From: Candidatus Nanohalarchaeota archaeon
Lineage (GTDB): Archaea > Nanohalarchaeota > Nanosalinia > Nanosalinales > JAFCCC01
Direction of reading: 5' to 3'
NCBI GenBank assembly: GCA_017610385.1
Contig: JAFCCC010000010.1
Span: 1 to 42,590 of the forward strand
DNA length: 42,590 nt
Part shown: positions 9,570-18,741 of the stretch, piece after piece
How positions within the stretch are numbered: the stretch's first letter is position 1
How the letters are laid out: every line of letters begins with the position of its first letter
Program-made: the position numbers and the translations under genes
Notes under the pieces: generated by a model
Seen by the model: only the letters and a program-made list of their open reading frames with translations
Database searches by the model: none
What the model was told of the DNA's origin: nothing

Positions 9570-10319
9570 CTAATTCATTTTTAAGCTTTTTATGTTGTCT
9601 TGAAACTCTGAAACATCCCCTTGTAGTATTTTTAGTGCTTCTAATACGATTTCTTTTGGTTTTAATCCAGATACACTTTCAACTGTAAATATAAATCGAT
9701 CTGGTCTATCCTTTACTGTAATTTCTCCATCAGATAATTCTTGGCATCTTAGACACAAAGAGCAATTCTCTATTCTTTTTACCTCTAATTTTCCATTTTT
9801 CACTTCAAAAACATTGTTTGGACAACCCGCCAAAATTTCATCCACATTTTTGACATGACCTATTTTGATTTCTGGATAATATTGATAGGCTACAACCGCA
9901 GATTGCCATTTTATATGTTCTGTTCCTTTACCTAATCTTGCCTTTGCTTCTAAATCTACCTCTTGATCTTTGAATAATGAAATTACAAGTAAATCTGGAT
10001 TTACTGGGTTAATGCCTTTTGGAGTTTTAATATCTTTCGCTTTAACTTCCATAGGTCCTTTTGCTTTCAAACTCATTTCGATTTCATCATCTTCTTTTAA
10101 GTTTTTTAGATCAAATGTCCAAGGAATTAAACCTAATCGATGCGCCAAAGATTCATCAAACAGTCCTGAGCCATTTTTAATAAATGTTACGTCATCAATT
10201 GCCAATGTAGAGATCCTTGACAACATAGTTCTTCTTAATGAGTTTACAAAAGCAGGATTTGTCCCGTCAATTTCAAATCTCAAAAAATTCTTTTCTGTTT
10301 CCAAAATTTTAATATTCAT
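9570..10319 (-). CDS. rpoD: RNA polymerase subunit D (Rpo3)
   Basis: NSLRRTML, LAHRLGLIP, HIKWQ, Fe-S-type CP...CSLCLRC insert. Confidence 0.97.
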   Translation of the reverse strand: MNIKILETEKNFLRFEIDGTNPAFVNSLRRTMLSRISTLAIDDVTFIKNGSGLFDESLAHRLGLIPWTFDLKNLKEDDEIEMSLKAKGPMEVKAKDIKTPKGINPVNPDLLVISLFKDQEVDLEAKARLGKGTEHIKWQSAVVAYQYYPEIKIGHVKNVDEILAGCPNNVFEVKNGKLEVKRIENCSLCLRCQELSDGEITVKDRPDRFIFTVESVSGLKPKEIVLEALKILQGDVSEFQDNIKSLKMN

Positions 10320-10321
10320 AA

Positions 10322-10711
10322 TTACACCCTTCTACCACGCCTACCGCCCTTTTTTCTCATATGATCATGAGGGACCGGCGTAATATCTTCTATTTTGCCC
10401 AACTTTAAACCAGATCTTGCAAGAGCTCTTATAGCTGGTTGCGCACCTTGACCTGGTTGTTTTTGTTTAATTCCTCCAGGAGCTCTTACTTTTACATGAA
10501 CGCCTTTTAATCCTTTTTCAAGCGCTTCTGCAGAAGCTTTCTTAGCAGCCAACATTGCCGGAAAAGGACTTCCTTGTAATCTATCTTTATCAGTCATAAT
10601 GCCACCAGAACACCTTGAGATGGTTTCCGCGCCAGTAATATCTGTAATATGAACAATAGTATTATTAAAACTAGAATAAATGTGTGCAATTCCCCATTTT
10701 TCTTCAATCAT
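10322..10711 (-). CDS. rps11: 30S ribosomal protein S11
   Basis: [24 protein letters not shown]. Confidence 0.98.
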   Translation of the reverse strand: MIEEKWGIAHIYSSFNNTIVHITDITGAETISRCSGGIMTDKDRLQGSPFPAMLAAKKASAEALEKGLKGVHVKVRAPGGIKQKQPGQGAQPAIRALARSGLKLGKIEDITPVPHDHMRKKGGRRGRRV

Positions 10712-10721
10712 TTTGTTTCAC

Positions 10722-11171
10722 CTAAATTTTCTTAAGCGCATCTTCTTCAGACCGTTTTACAATATAACTTGGTACATCTACTTTGTTATTTTCTACATAA
10801 ATGTGACCATGAATTATTAATTGTCGTGCTTCTTTGATTGACTGTGCAAGACCCTTCTTAAATGTTAATGTTTGTAATCGTCTATTTAATAGACTATAAA
10901 TTTCTAAGTCTAAAACATCATCTAATGCAGATTTCTCTTCAATTAAACCTAACATATTTAATTTTTTCAAAAATTCATTCCCTTGACGTTCTTCTATAGT
11001 TGCAGTTAATCGTCTCGCCTCTCTTCTAAATCTTCTTAATTTTGTCTGCACTTTCCAAAGTTCTCTTTTGCTTTTTAGGCCATAGTCGCTCATTAATTTT
11101 CTCTCTTCAATAAGCCTTTCTTTTTGCCATGCCTTTACTGGTGAGTCGTATGTTCTTTTTAAATGTCTCAT
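10722..11171 (-). CDS. rps4: 30S ribosomal protein S4
   Basis: YGLKSKRELW, RRLQT, ARQLIIHGHI. Confidence 0.97.
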   Translation of the reverse strand: MRHLKRTYDSPVKAWQKERLIEERKLMSDYGLKSKRELWKVQTKLRRFRREARRLTATIEERQGNEFLKKLNMLGLIEEKSALDDVLDLEIYSLLNRRLQTLTFKKGLAQSIKEARQLIIHGHIYVENNKVDVPSYIVKRSEEDALKKI

Positions 11172-11177
11172 TTTTCA

Positions 11178-11672
11178 TCACATTTTCGGTTTAGAAGTTT
11201 TAGGTTTTGTCTTAGAAACTCCAATTTTTCCACCTTTTCTAAAGCTAGTTTTGGTTCTTTGTCCTCTTACGGGTAAACCCCAACCGTGTCTCAAACCCTT
11301 ATAGCTCTTTATTTTTCTCATCTTTCTAATATCAAATTTTTGAGTAAATTCTCTTTCTGCTTCTGTTAAATGTTTATTGTCTCCTGAATGCGGATCTTTC
11401 CTTCTATTATATATCCATGCCGGAATGCCATTCTTCTCTGGATTTTTAACAACCGCTTCAATTGCTTTAATGTCGTCTTCTTTTAAAGTTCCTATTTTTG
11501 TTTCTGATGAGAATTTTGTTTTAGAAATGACTGCATTTGCAAAGGAATGTCCGATTCCTGTTACTCTTTTTAGTCCTTCTATCAACGATTTTGTTCCATA
11601 TACATCTCTACTCATAATTCTTACAATCTCTTCAAAATCTTCATTTTTTTGAACTTGTTTTTGCTCAACCAT
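11178..11672 (-). CDS. rps13: 30S ribosomal protein S13
   Basis: GIG, NRRKD, YKGLRHGWGLPVRGQRT. Confidence 0.98.
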   Translation of the reverse strand: MVEQKQVQKNEDFEEIVRIMSRDVYGTKSLIEGLKRVTGIGHSFANAVISKTKFSSETKIGTLKEDDIKAIEAVVKNPEKNGIPAWIYNRRKDPHSGDNKHLTEAEREFTQKFDIRKMRKIKSYKGLRHGWGLPVRGQRTKTSFRKGGKIGVSKTKPKTSKPKM

Positions 11673-11853
11673 TTCTACCTCAATCTTAAATTTAATGTAA
11701 CGTTTTTAAACTTAACTGCAACTGCCGTCAGTTGAATCAACACATAAAACCCCCATGAGTTTTTCTGACCTACAAATTATTTTTGTAAGTTATAAATTCA
11801 TTCGCAAGCACAACAGGTTAAAAACGACTCATTTTGCTTAAATCTAATCCTTT

Positions 11854-12039
11854 TAGCCCGTCCAGGATTTTCGTTGAATGTGTCAGTCATTAAAAGTATG
11901 GTAAGGAGACTTCACTAAATGAATGTCGCCTTTATTGATCGAACTGACAGCAGTTCGAATTCGAACCTGGGTCCCGAGATCCAGAGTCTCGGATGATTTG
12001 CCGAATTTTTCAATTCTTTGGCCACTACACTAACGGGCT
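11854..12039 (-). tRNA. tRNA-Gln(CTG) with two non-canonical introns: D-loop (~11998-12018, 21 nt) and T-loop (~11869-11960, 92 nt)
   Basis: Spliced: AGCCCGTTAGTGTAGTGGCCAATCATCCGAGACTCTGGATCTCGGGACCCAGGTTCGAATCCTGGACGGGCTA. Confidence 0.88.
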
Positions 12040-12146
12040 GTCTTATAAAAACCTCTTTCTAAGGTATTTATTGATATCGTCTTTACACTAATTTATTTAT
12101 TACAAATAAAAACAAGAAAAAGAGTAAAGCATAATAGGTAATAAAC

Positions 12147-12596
12147 ATGTTTGGATTTAGTAAAGGCAAAATAGACTTTATACTGAGTAACTATAATTAT
12201 TCTCCTGGACAGGAAATAATAGGAACTTTGTTAATTACGACCAAAAAACCACTTGAAGGAAAAGAATTAACCATACGATTAATTGGACAAGAGCGACTTA
12301 TTCGTCATATGGGAACTACAACAAACGTTCAATATATTACTGTTTTTGACTTTAAACAGCCATTAGACGGCTCGAAACAATATTATAATAGCGGAGCTCC
12401 TTTAGAATATAGATTTAATATAAAAATTCCATCTAATGTATTAGAAGAACAAGCACCAAAAGGAACTTTAGGAAACATTGTTAAAGCCGCCCAAGCGTTT
12501 CAAGGACGATCAAGAAGAATAAAGTGGTTTTTAGAGGGGAACTTGTCTGTTAAGGGTATTGACATAAAGAAAAAGGTTCAAGTAAATATTAGTTAA
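12147..12596 (+). CDS. Hypothetical protein, possible arrestin-N/SpoOM-like beta sandwich
   Basis: YSPGQEIIGTL...LIGQE...YRFNIKIP...IKWFLEG pattern resembles arrestin-like domains. Confidence 0.6.
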   Translation: MFGFSKGKIDFILSNYNYSPGQEIIGTLLITTKKPLEGKELTIRLIGQERLIRHMGTTTNVQYITVFDFKQPLDGSKQYYNSGAPLEYRFNIKIPSNVLEEQAPKGTLGNIVKAAQAFQGRSRRIKWFLEGNLSVKGIDIKKKVQVNIS

Positions 12597-12627
12597 TGCA
12601 CACAAAAACGCATTTTGGCCTACACCG

Positions 12628-12788
12628 TTTGCGTTTACTTTTGCAAAAAAAAGCTTAGTGGTAACGTACTTTTGCTTAAGATTTTTGCACGTTTACTTTT
12701 GTGCAAAAAGCTTATTTGCAAAAAAAGGCTATGCGGAAGCGTATTTTTCCCTAGGGTTTTTTTGCGTTTACTTTTGCAAAAAAAGGCT
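12628..12788. repeat. Module B repeat cluster abutting the tRNA-Ser 3' end
   Basis: Three copies of TTTGC(AC)GTTTACTTTT(GT)GCAAAA; 65 bp identical to the tRNA-Pro intron. Confidence 0.9.
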
Positions 12789-12789
12789 A

Positions 12790-12925
12790 CGCTGAGAGCA
12801 GGATTTGAACCTGCGCTCCCTTACGAGAACCGGTTAAGTTGGCGCAAATTATTATATGGGATTGTATTTTTCCCACAGGTAAGCGCTTTCAAGACCGGCG
12901 CATTAGACCACTCTGCCATCTCAGC
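12790..12925 (-). tRNA. tRNA-Ser(TGA) with 52-nt intron at 37/38 (12836-12887)
   Basis: GCTGAGA acceptor, CCGGT-CT-TGA-A [intron] A-ACCGG, long variable arm, G discriminator. Confidence 0.92.
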
Positions 12926-12952
12926 ATAAAAATGAATTTCATCAGAAACCTT

Positions 12953-14236
12953 TTAAAACTGATCCAAGGATTTTTGTTTTCTTTCGAAATCAAAATTGTA
13001 TTTTTTCCTTAATTCAGAATGATCTCCATTATTTTGTTTCTCCTTGAAAAGTGGTTCACCATAAACTCCATCATAACCTGGTTTAACTTTAATTTTACCC
13101 TCTCTATTTTTCATAATTAATTCCGCGAACTTTTCTCCTAGAAGTTCAGAAATTTCTTCTTTTGGCGCATTTAAAAGAACATTAAATTCTGTTCCAAACT
13201 TAGCAATTAATTGATTGAAAATACCCCAAACTCTTTGAGAATATAATTGTTTAACGCCATAGTGTAGACTAATTATTTCAGATAAAGGAATCAAATCGAT
13301 AAATTCTTTAGCATTCTGAGATTTTTCTCCTAACGGTCGATCCGCTAATTGATTAACTCGATAAAGAACACCAATAGTTAAGGGTTTTCCACATTTGGGG
13401 CAAATACCATTGTATTTTTTAGTTTCTTCTGGTGAGAAAGAAATATTACAGTTTCTGTGTCCGTCAAAGTGATATTTCCCATAACTGGGATCTGTTTCAA
13501 TTGTTTTTACCAAACCTTTTCCTGTTCTTATGGCGTTTAAAATTGCATCATATTTTAATTCTGTATCAAAAACAGTTGCTTCTCTTCCAATTCTCCACGG
13601 CCAGAAACTGTGCGCATCAGAAAATGAAACTAAATTAAATTTATCTAATGCCTTTAGTCTCCAATTTAGTGGGGGATCTGAACTTAATCCGGTTTCAACG
13701 GCGTGAATGTATTTTGTTTTCTCTTTAAAGCACTCTTCTATTGAATCAAAACCGCTTTTAGATCCTAAGACTCCAAACCAAGGAGTCCAGATATGTGCGG
13801 GAATTATTTCAATTTTCGAACTAATCTCTTTCATCATATCTACTAATTCAATAGCTGAAAATCCGAAAATCGGTCGTCCGTCATAATCTAATCGCCCTCT
13901 TTTCCTTAACGTAGCTATAATTTGATCTACAACAGATAGTTTTGGAGCCAAAAGAACAAAATGAATTCTTCTTCCTTTTCCATCTTGAGTATACATCAAA
14001 GAAAGCTCAGTAGAGAGAATAAATGAAAAACCGGTTTTAGTTTTTAAAATTCCATCCTCTGTCTCTGTTAACTTTTCTTTAATCTCTTTATTCCACAAAG
14101 GGTGTTGAAAATCTCCTGTGCCGAGCAATGTTATCCCTTTAATTCTAGCGTATTTTTCCAAATTTTCAATGGAAGTTTGTTTGCTACACGCTCTGGAATA
14201 TTTGCTATGTATGTGAAAATCAGAAATTATTTCCAT
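12953..14236 (-). CDS. Endonuclease Q-family PHP-domain protein with Zn ribbon
   Basis: DFHIHSKYSRA, GTGDFQHP, PAHIWTPW, ETGLSSD, SDAHS, GKYHFDGHRNC, CPKCG. Confidence 0.88.
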   Translation of the reverse strand: MEIISDFHIHSKYSRACSKQTSIENLEKYARIKGITLLGTGDFQHPLWNKEIKEKLTETEDGILKTKTGFSFILSTELSLMYTQDGKGRRIHFVLLAPKLSVVDQIIATLRKRGRLDYDGRPIFGFSAIELVDMMKEISSKIEIIPAHIWTPWFGVLGSKSGFDSIEECFKEKTKYIHAVETGLSSDPPLNWRLKALDKFNLVSFSDAHSFWPWRIGREATVFDTELKYDAILNAIRTGKGLVKTIETDPSYGKYHFDGHRNCNISFSPEETKKYNGICPKCGKPLTIGVLYRVNQLADRPLGEKSQNAKEFIDLIPLSEIISLHYGVKQLYSQRVWGIFNQLIAKFGTEFNVLLNAPKEEISELLGEKFAELIMKNREGKIKVKPGYDGVYGEPLFKEKQNNGDHSELRKKYNFDFERKQKSLDQF

Positions 14237-14240
14237 ACAC

Positions 14241-15224
14241 TCATTTCCACATCTTAGGATATAAATCCTTCTCCATAAAAACTCTTTCGAGTTTTACGGC
14301 AGTACCTGCTTCTTTTAAAATTTCTTCAGAATTCATTAGGCTTTTTCCCAACGCAATTAATTCTCCTTTTAAACTCAGAATTGCAATCAAGTCATTTTTT
14401 TCAATTTTATCTGTTAATTTTGAAATCCCAGAACTGCCTACTGATGCGCCATAACAAATCGAATTCACCGCAGAATCTTTTACATACACTTTTCCTAAAG
14501 ATTTAACTCCTTCTTCTACGGGTCTGAGCAGATCATTAAGCTTATTCTTTTTATCTTCTTTCCAGAATACATATTCATCAACCAGATCTTGCAAAAAAAC
14601 CAAGTCTGATTCATTAAAAAGCCCTGCCTTAGTTCTTCTTAAATCAATCATTACTCCTTTTGAATTTAGTGCTCGTGCAAACTGTTTACAGAACACCCGG
14701 ACATAGAACCCTTTTTCGCATCCAATTCTAAAGAGGATTTCATTTTCTTGAACTTCTAAGATTTCTAAGTAATATATTTTTCTAGTTCTCTCAATCCGTT
14801 TAACTGCGGCCATTTCTGGTGGCGTCTGTTTTATTTTTCCAATCATTTTTTCAGCTACTTTTTTAGCAGCGTTTAAAGAAGGATTACTACTTACTTTAAG
14901 CACGCCTACATATTCCTTATTTGCTAATTTTAGAGCCTGAATTATTTTGGTACCCTTTCCTAACGCAATTGGTAAAACCCCCGTAACATGTGGGTCTAAT
15001 GTTCCAGAATGTCCGGTTTTTTTCAAATTAAAAATTTGTTTAACCCAATATGAAACCTGATGTGATGTTGGACCATAAGGTTTATCAATTAAAACAATGG
15101 AATTATTAAGTTTTTCTTCAATTGTTCTTTTTTCCGGTGTTTTGCCATATTTGGAATCTGTTTTACTTTCTTCTTTCACTATGATTTTAAATTTGATTTC
15201 TTCTTCTGGAAGCATAATTTCCAT
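14241..15224 (-). CDS. cbf5: H/ACA pseudouridine synthase Cbf5 (TruB family) with PUA domain
   Basis: DKPYGPTSHQV, GHSGTLDP, YPKMWK; likely ATG at 15224 (track starts at 15254). Confidence 0.95.
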   Translation of the reverse strand: MEIMLPEEEIKFKIIVKEESKTDSKYGKTPEKRTIEEKLNNSIVLIDKPYGPTSHQVSYWVKQIFNLKKTGHSGTLDPHVTGVLPIALGKGTKIIQALKLANKEYVGVLKVSSNPSLNAAKKVAEKMIGKIKQTPPEMAAVKRIERTRKIYYLEILEVQENEILFRIGCEKGFYVRVFCKQFARALNSKGVMIDLRRTKAGLFNESDLVFLQDLVDEYVFWKEDKKNKLNDLLRPVEEGVKSLGKVYVKDSAVNSICYGASVGSSGISKLTDKIEKNDLIAILSLKGELIALGKSLMNSEEILKEAGTAVKLERVFMEKDLYPKMWK

Positions 15225-15297
15225 TTCTCGCTTAGGCTTAAATAAAAATCTCAAAACAGAGCATATCTATATAAATTTTGTTGCTGTTTGTCTTAAA

Positions 15298-15672
15298 ATG
15301 AATTCAGAAATTAATCCAGATTGGTTCATAGAAGTTCAGGCTGGAAACGGTAGACCTCTCAGAGTAGTAGATGTAAGTTATATTGTATCAGAGGAATTTG
15401 TAGATAATACTTCTAATTTCATATATGCAGTAGTTCCAGGCAATCCTGAGCGCGGAGACGCATTTGTTATGAGGCATTACGATCCTCGCAAGGTCATTTC
15501 CGCTAATACTGCGAAATATATTGAAAATATAGCTAGATTTGGGCACGCATATGCTGGAGCCACCCCAAAATTTAAGGAGATATTAGAAAATTTAAGAATT
15601 CGTTTAAATCATAAAGATTATGATAGTCTGGATAGCTGGTTAAAAGATCCTACAGCTGATCCCACATTCTGA
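15298..15672 (+). CDS. Hypothetical protein (~124 aa)
   Basis: Non-overlapping part of ORF 15097-15672 from ATG 15298; protein-like composition; opposite strand to the operon. Confidence 0.6.
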   Translation: MNSEINPDWFIEVQAGNGRPLRVVDVSYIVSEEFVDNTSNFIYAVVPGNPERGDAFVMRHYDPRKVISANTAKYIENIARFGHAYAGATPKFKEILENLRIRLNHKDYDSLDSWLKDPTADPTF

Positions 15673-15673
15673 T

Positions 15674-16381
15674 TTATGCTACTTTCAAAAGCTTTCTGAA
15701 TAGGTATGTGAATGGAATTCCAATTATAAAATAATACCCAAACCATTCAATACTTCTCTCTACGAATGGCAAACTAAAAGGGAGATTAATAAAAACTAGT
15801 GAGGGTCTTACTTTAACACTATTACCATCTTTTGAGAACGCGATACTTTTAATTTGCCACTGAGTATCTTCAATTTGGATATAGCCTCGATTTCCTACCA
15901 CACCATACCCCGAAACATTTATTATTCCTGTTGTTTGATTTAGACTTAATGGCACATTAAGATCCATATAATTTAATTCACCTACAAAAGTTCCATTAAT
16001 TTGTTCAAAAGGAATTTCTGGATTAAATGTGGTGCGAACCCAGGGAAAAATTAAAAATACCAGAATCATAGAAATAACCATAGGTTTCAGACTCATTCGC
16101 AATAATTTATTATTATATTCCATGCTTTTTTTCATGTACTCATTCATTTTTTTGACGTTATTTTCTTTCTTTGCAACATCAACCTTTTTTCGTAATTCTT
16201 TGATATTCCCTTTTAATTCTTTGGATTTTTTTTGATCCATTAAAAATTTATAAACCAACGCCAAAAGAAGCGACCAGAGTACATTGATAATCAAAATCGT
16301 TAGAAGAGCACCAGTAGTTCTATTTCCAATCTGCATTATTGGCAAGAATATATTTCCTAAAATCACATACAAAAAACTCAT
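15674..16381 (-). CDS. DUF106/EMC3-TMCO1 (Oxa1 superfamily) membrane protein
   Basis: TM-coiled coil-TM, KPM, WFGYYF, FRKLL; conserved position after secY. Confidence 0.85.
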   Translation of the reverse strand: MSFLYVILGNIFLPIMQIGNRTTGALLTILIINVLWSLLLALVYKFLMDQKKSKELKGNIKELRKKVDVAKKENNVKKMNEYMKKSMEYNNKLLRMSLKPMVISMILVFLIFPWVRTTFNPEIPFEQINGTFVGELNYMDLNVPLSLNQTTGIINVSGYGVVGNRGYIQIEDTQWQIKSIAFSKDGNSVKVRPSLVFINLPFSLPFVERSIEWFGYYFIIGIPFTYLFRKLLKVA

Positions 16382-16461
16382 TTCTATTTCTCTAAATTTG
16401 CCACGTAGCTTTAAAAAGATTCATTTGAGAACCTAATGGTAATAATTCCGTTCTAACTATT

Positions 16462-17853
16462 TTAAAGATTTGTAAAGAACTTTCGTAATGTAGGATTCAT
16501 ATCTTCCATATGTTTTTTGGCTAATTCCTCATAAAGCTGAAATATGATCATAACTGCTAAAAGTATACCTGTTCCACTTCCTATGGCATTAGTCCAATTA
16601 GCAAAGGCAGCTAAAAATCCAATGGATGCACCACCCAATATAGTTAAAGCTAAAACATATCTCTTTAGTATTTTTACCATCACTCTTTTATCTTTTCTAA
16701 AACCGGGAATCCTCATTCCGCTATTGTGTATTTGATCTGCTAAAGTCTCTGGATCCTGTCCACTTGTTTTCATCCAAAATATTGAAAATACAGTAGCACC
16801 CAGTACATAAATTACTGTGTATGTAAAAACTCTAAGAATTTCTGAACCAATAACTGTTCCTGTAAATATATGTAATAAAAAGTCTCGTGGAGCTGTTAAA
16901 TAATACATCAAAGTATTTGACGTAGGTGCACCCGATGCCAGATCCCCAACTATATGGAAATTACCTATGACTAAATCTTTTCCTTTAGATGCTAACATTC
17001 TAAAGACTAATTGAATATTGGCAATTAGTGCAGAAATCAAAATAACCGGTAATACGCTGGTATATAGGAATTTTAAAGGCCATTTTCTTCCAAAACCACG
17101 CACATTCCCAAAAGTTAATGGAATTTCAACTCTCATTGCTTGTGCATATACTGCGATTAAAAATACAATAACTGTCATAAGTAATGGAATTAAAATGAAA
17201 AATTGTGGATTCCCAACAGCAAATCCACGAATAAATTCTGGAATAATTCCTACTAAACCCTCTCCTTCTGCTAGTCTAATCGGACTTAATATTCTTACCA
17301 ATAGGCTTTTACTTACTCCTGCGACAATGAACAGGCTTATACCCGATCCAAAGCCCCATTTACTTACAATTTCATCCATAAATATAATGGCCAAGCCACC
17401 CAATGCAACTTGAATAACAACTAAAAAGAAAAATCCAGGAGTGTTCTGAACAGGAACTATCGCGCCCATAGACACAAATGCGATTGATTCAAAGATAACA
17501 AACAAAAACGATAAAAGCTTTTGAAGTCCTTGAAATTTTTTCCGATTTTCAGGATTATTCATATCCCACGGAATAATTTTAGATCCAACTAATAATTGTA
17601 AAATAATAGATGCAGTAACAATCGGACCAATACCTAATGTAATCAAAGAACCAATTGCGGCGCCCAAAATAACCTGATATGTTTGAAAGAATTGAAGTGT
17701 GGTGGTGCTCATTCCAAAAACTGGAATTTGCCCCAACACAAAATAAAGTAAAAGTACAAGACCAGTCCAAATTAATTTTTGTTTAAAGCTAAGTCTATTT
17801 ACTGGCTTTTTTACTCCTGGGAGTATATGTGACAGGCTCGCTAAAAATGACAC
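16462..17853 (-). CDS. secY: Protein translocase SecY
   Basis: KLIWTG, LGIGPIVTASIILQLL, KWGFGSGISLFI, GTGILL. Confidence 0.98.
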   Translation of the reverse strand: MSFLASLSHILPGVKKPVNRLSFKQKLIWTGLVLLLYFVLGQIPVFGMSTTTLQFFQTYQVILGAAIGSLITLGIGPIVTASIILQLLVGSKIIPWDMNNPENRKKFQGLQKLLSFLFVIFESIAFVSMGAIVPVQNTPGFFFLVVIQVALGGLAIIFMDEIVSKWGFGSGISLFIVAGVSKSLLVRILSPIRLAEGEGLVGIIPEFIRGFAVGNPQFFILIPLLMTVIVFLIAVYAQAMRVEIPLTFGNVRGFGRKWPLKFLYTSVLPVILISALIANIQLVFRMLASKGKDLVIGNFHIVGDLASGAPTSNTLMYYLTAPRDFLLHIFTGTVIGSEILRVFTYTVIYVLGATVFSIFWMKTSGQDPETLADQIHNSGMRIPGFRKDKRVMVKILKRYVLALTILGGASIGFLAAFANWTNAIGSGTGILLAVMIIFQLYEELAKKHMEDMNPTLRKFFTNL

Positions 17854-17854
17854 T

Positions 17855-18274
17855 TTAATCAGAGCTCACGAATTTAGAACCCGCCTCCGTAATTTTGATT
17901 TTCGCGTTTTTAGAAAATTTCTTAGCGCGAATTTCAATTTTATGAGTTAATCTTCCATTTCCCAGAACTTTTTCGTAATTTGCTTTACTAGCATAGAAAA
18001 TATAATTATCTTTTACTTTTTCTGCAAAACCTTTTTTAACAAATATATCAATTTCTCTGTCAAGTTTTGATAAAGTAATTGCTCCAGGACCTTTGTTTTT
18101 GATTCTAATTTTAATTTTTTCTTCTTTTAATAATAAGAATTTTTTATGCTGTGCTTTTTTACCCATACCCGCTCGACCTCTACCTCCTCTATTTCCAGCA
18201 CCACGTGGTCTAGCAGAATCCCCATGTCCATGAGTTCTATTGTCATTTTTCTTCTTCCTGTGTCTTAATACCAT
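17855..18274 (-). CDS. rpl15: 50S ribosomal protein L15
   Basis: RTHGHG...RGAGNRGGRGRAG, KVLGNG. Confidence 0.96.
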   Translation of the reverse strand: MVLRHRKKKNDNRTHGHGDSARPRGAGNRGGRGRAGMGKKAQHKKFLLLKEEKIKIRIKNKGPGAITLSKLDREIDIFVKKGFAEKVKDNYIFYASKANYEKVLGNGRLTHKIEIRAKKFSKNAKIKITEAGSKFVSSD

Positions 18275-18282
18275 TATATCAC

Positions 18283-18741
18283 CTAAAGCATTTTCTTTAA
18301 TAATTTATTAATTTCTTTTCCATGAAATCCCAGTTCTCCTCCCTGATTAAATCCCTTTTTAATGCCTTTATATCCTTTTGATGGTGCCTTTAACCTAAAA
18401 GGAACTTTCAATCCCTTTTTCTTAAGAGCAGCAATAGAAGTTTTTCCATCAAACAAATCTCTAACAAGTGATTCAATATTTTTGTAGTCTAAATCCGTCA
18501 AAGCATCTTTGAGTTTTTTTGGTCCAACATATGCTTTTTTTTCTAATATTGCTGTAAAATCATCTTTACTAATTATTCCATATGCAATATAATCTTTCAC
18601 CGCGTTTAACATTCCCAAATAATTTGAATTCTCCGGATAAACCATACAACCATTATTTTTTGTTAAATTTAAATTTGTAAATGTTGTTCTGGCTGATTTT
18701 TCTGTTCCAACAGATCCTCTAATTTTAATTGCTAAATACAT
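18283..18741 (-). CDS. rpl30: 50S ribosomal protein L30
   Basis: AIKIRG, KDYIAYG, FRLKAPSKG, GGELG. Confidence 0.95.
   Translation of the reverse strand: MYLAIKIRGSVGTEKSARTTFTNLNLTKNNGCMVYPENSNYLGMLNAVKDYIAYGIISKDDFTAILEKKAYVGPKKLKDALTDLDYKNIESLVRDLFDGKTSIAALKKKGLKVPFRLKAPSKGYKGIKKGFNQGGELGFHGKEINKLLKKML

Noticed and set aside
3331-11925. 8-9-nt complementarities between the Ala(CGC) intron (AATGAATG, AGACTTCAC) and the Gln T-loop intron (CATTCATT, GTGAAGTCT)
   Set aside because: Short and in the wrong order for a continuous duplex; cannot be distinguished from chance by eye
7169-12929. ORFs 7169-7351, 7230-7430 and 12615-12929 (the first and last share LSGNVLLLKIFARLLLCKKLI)
   Set aside because: Translations of the DNA repeat, on the strand opposite tRNA genes or introns; no coding evidence
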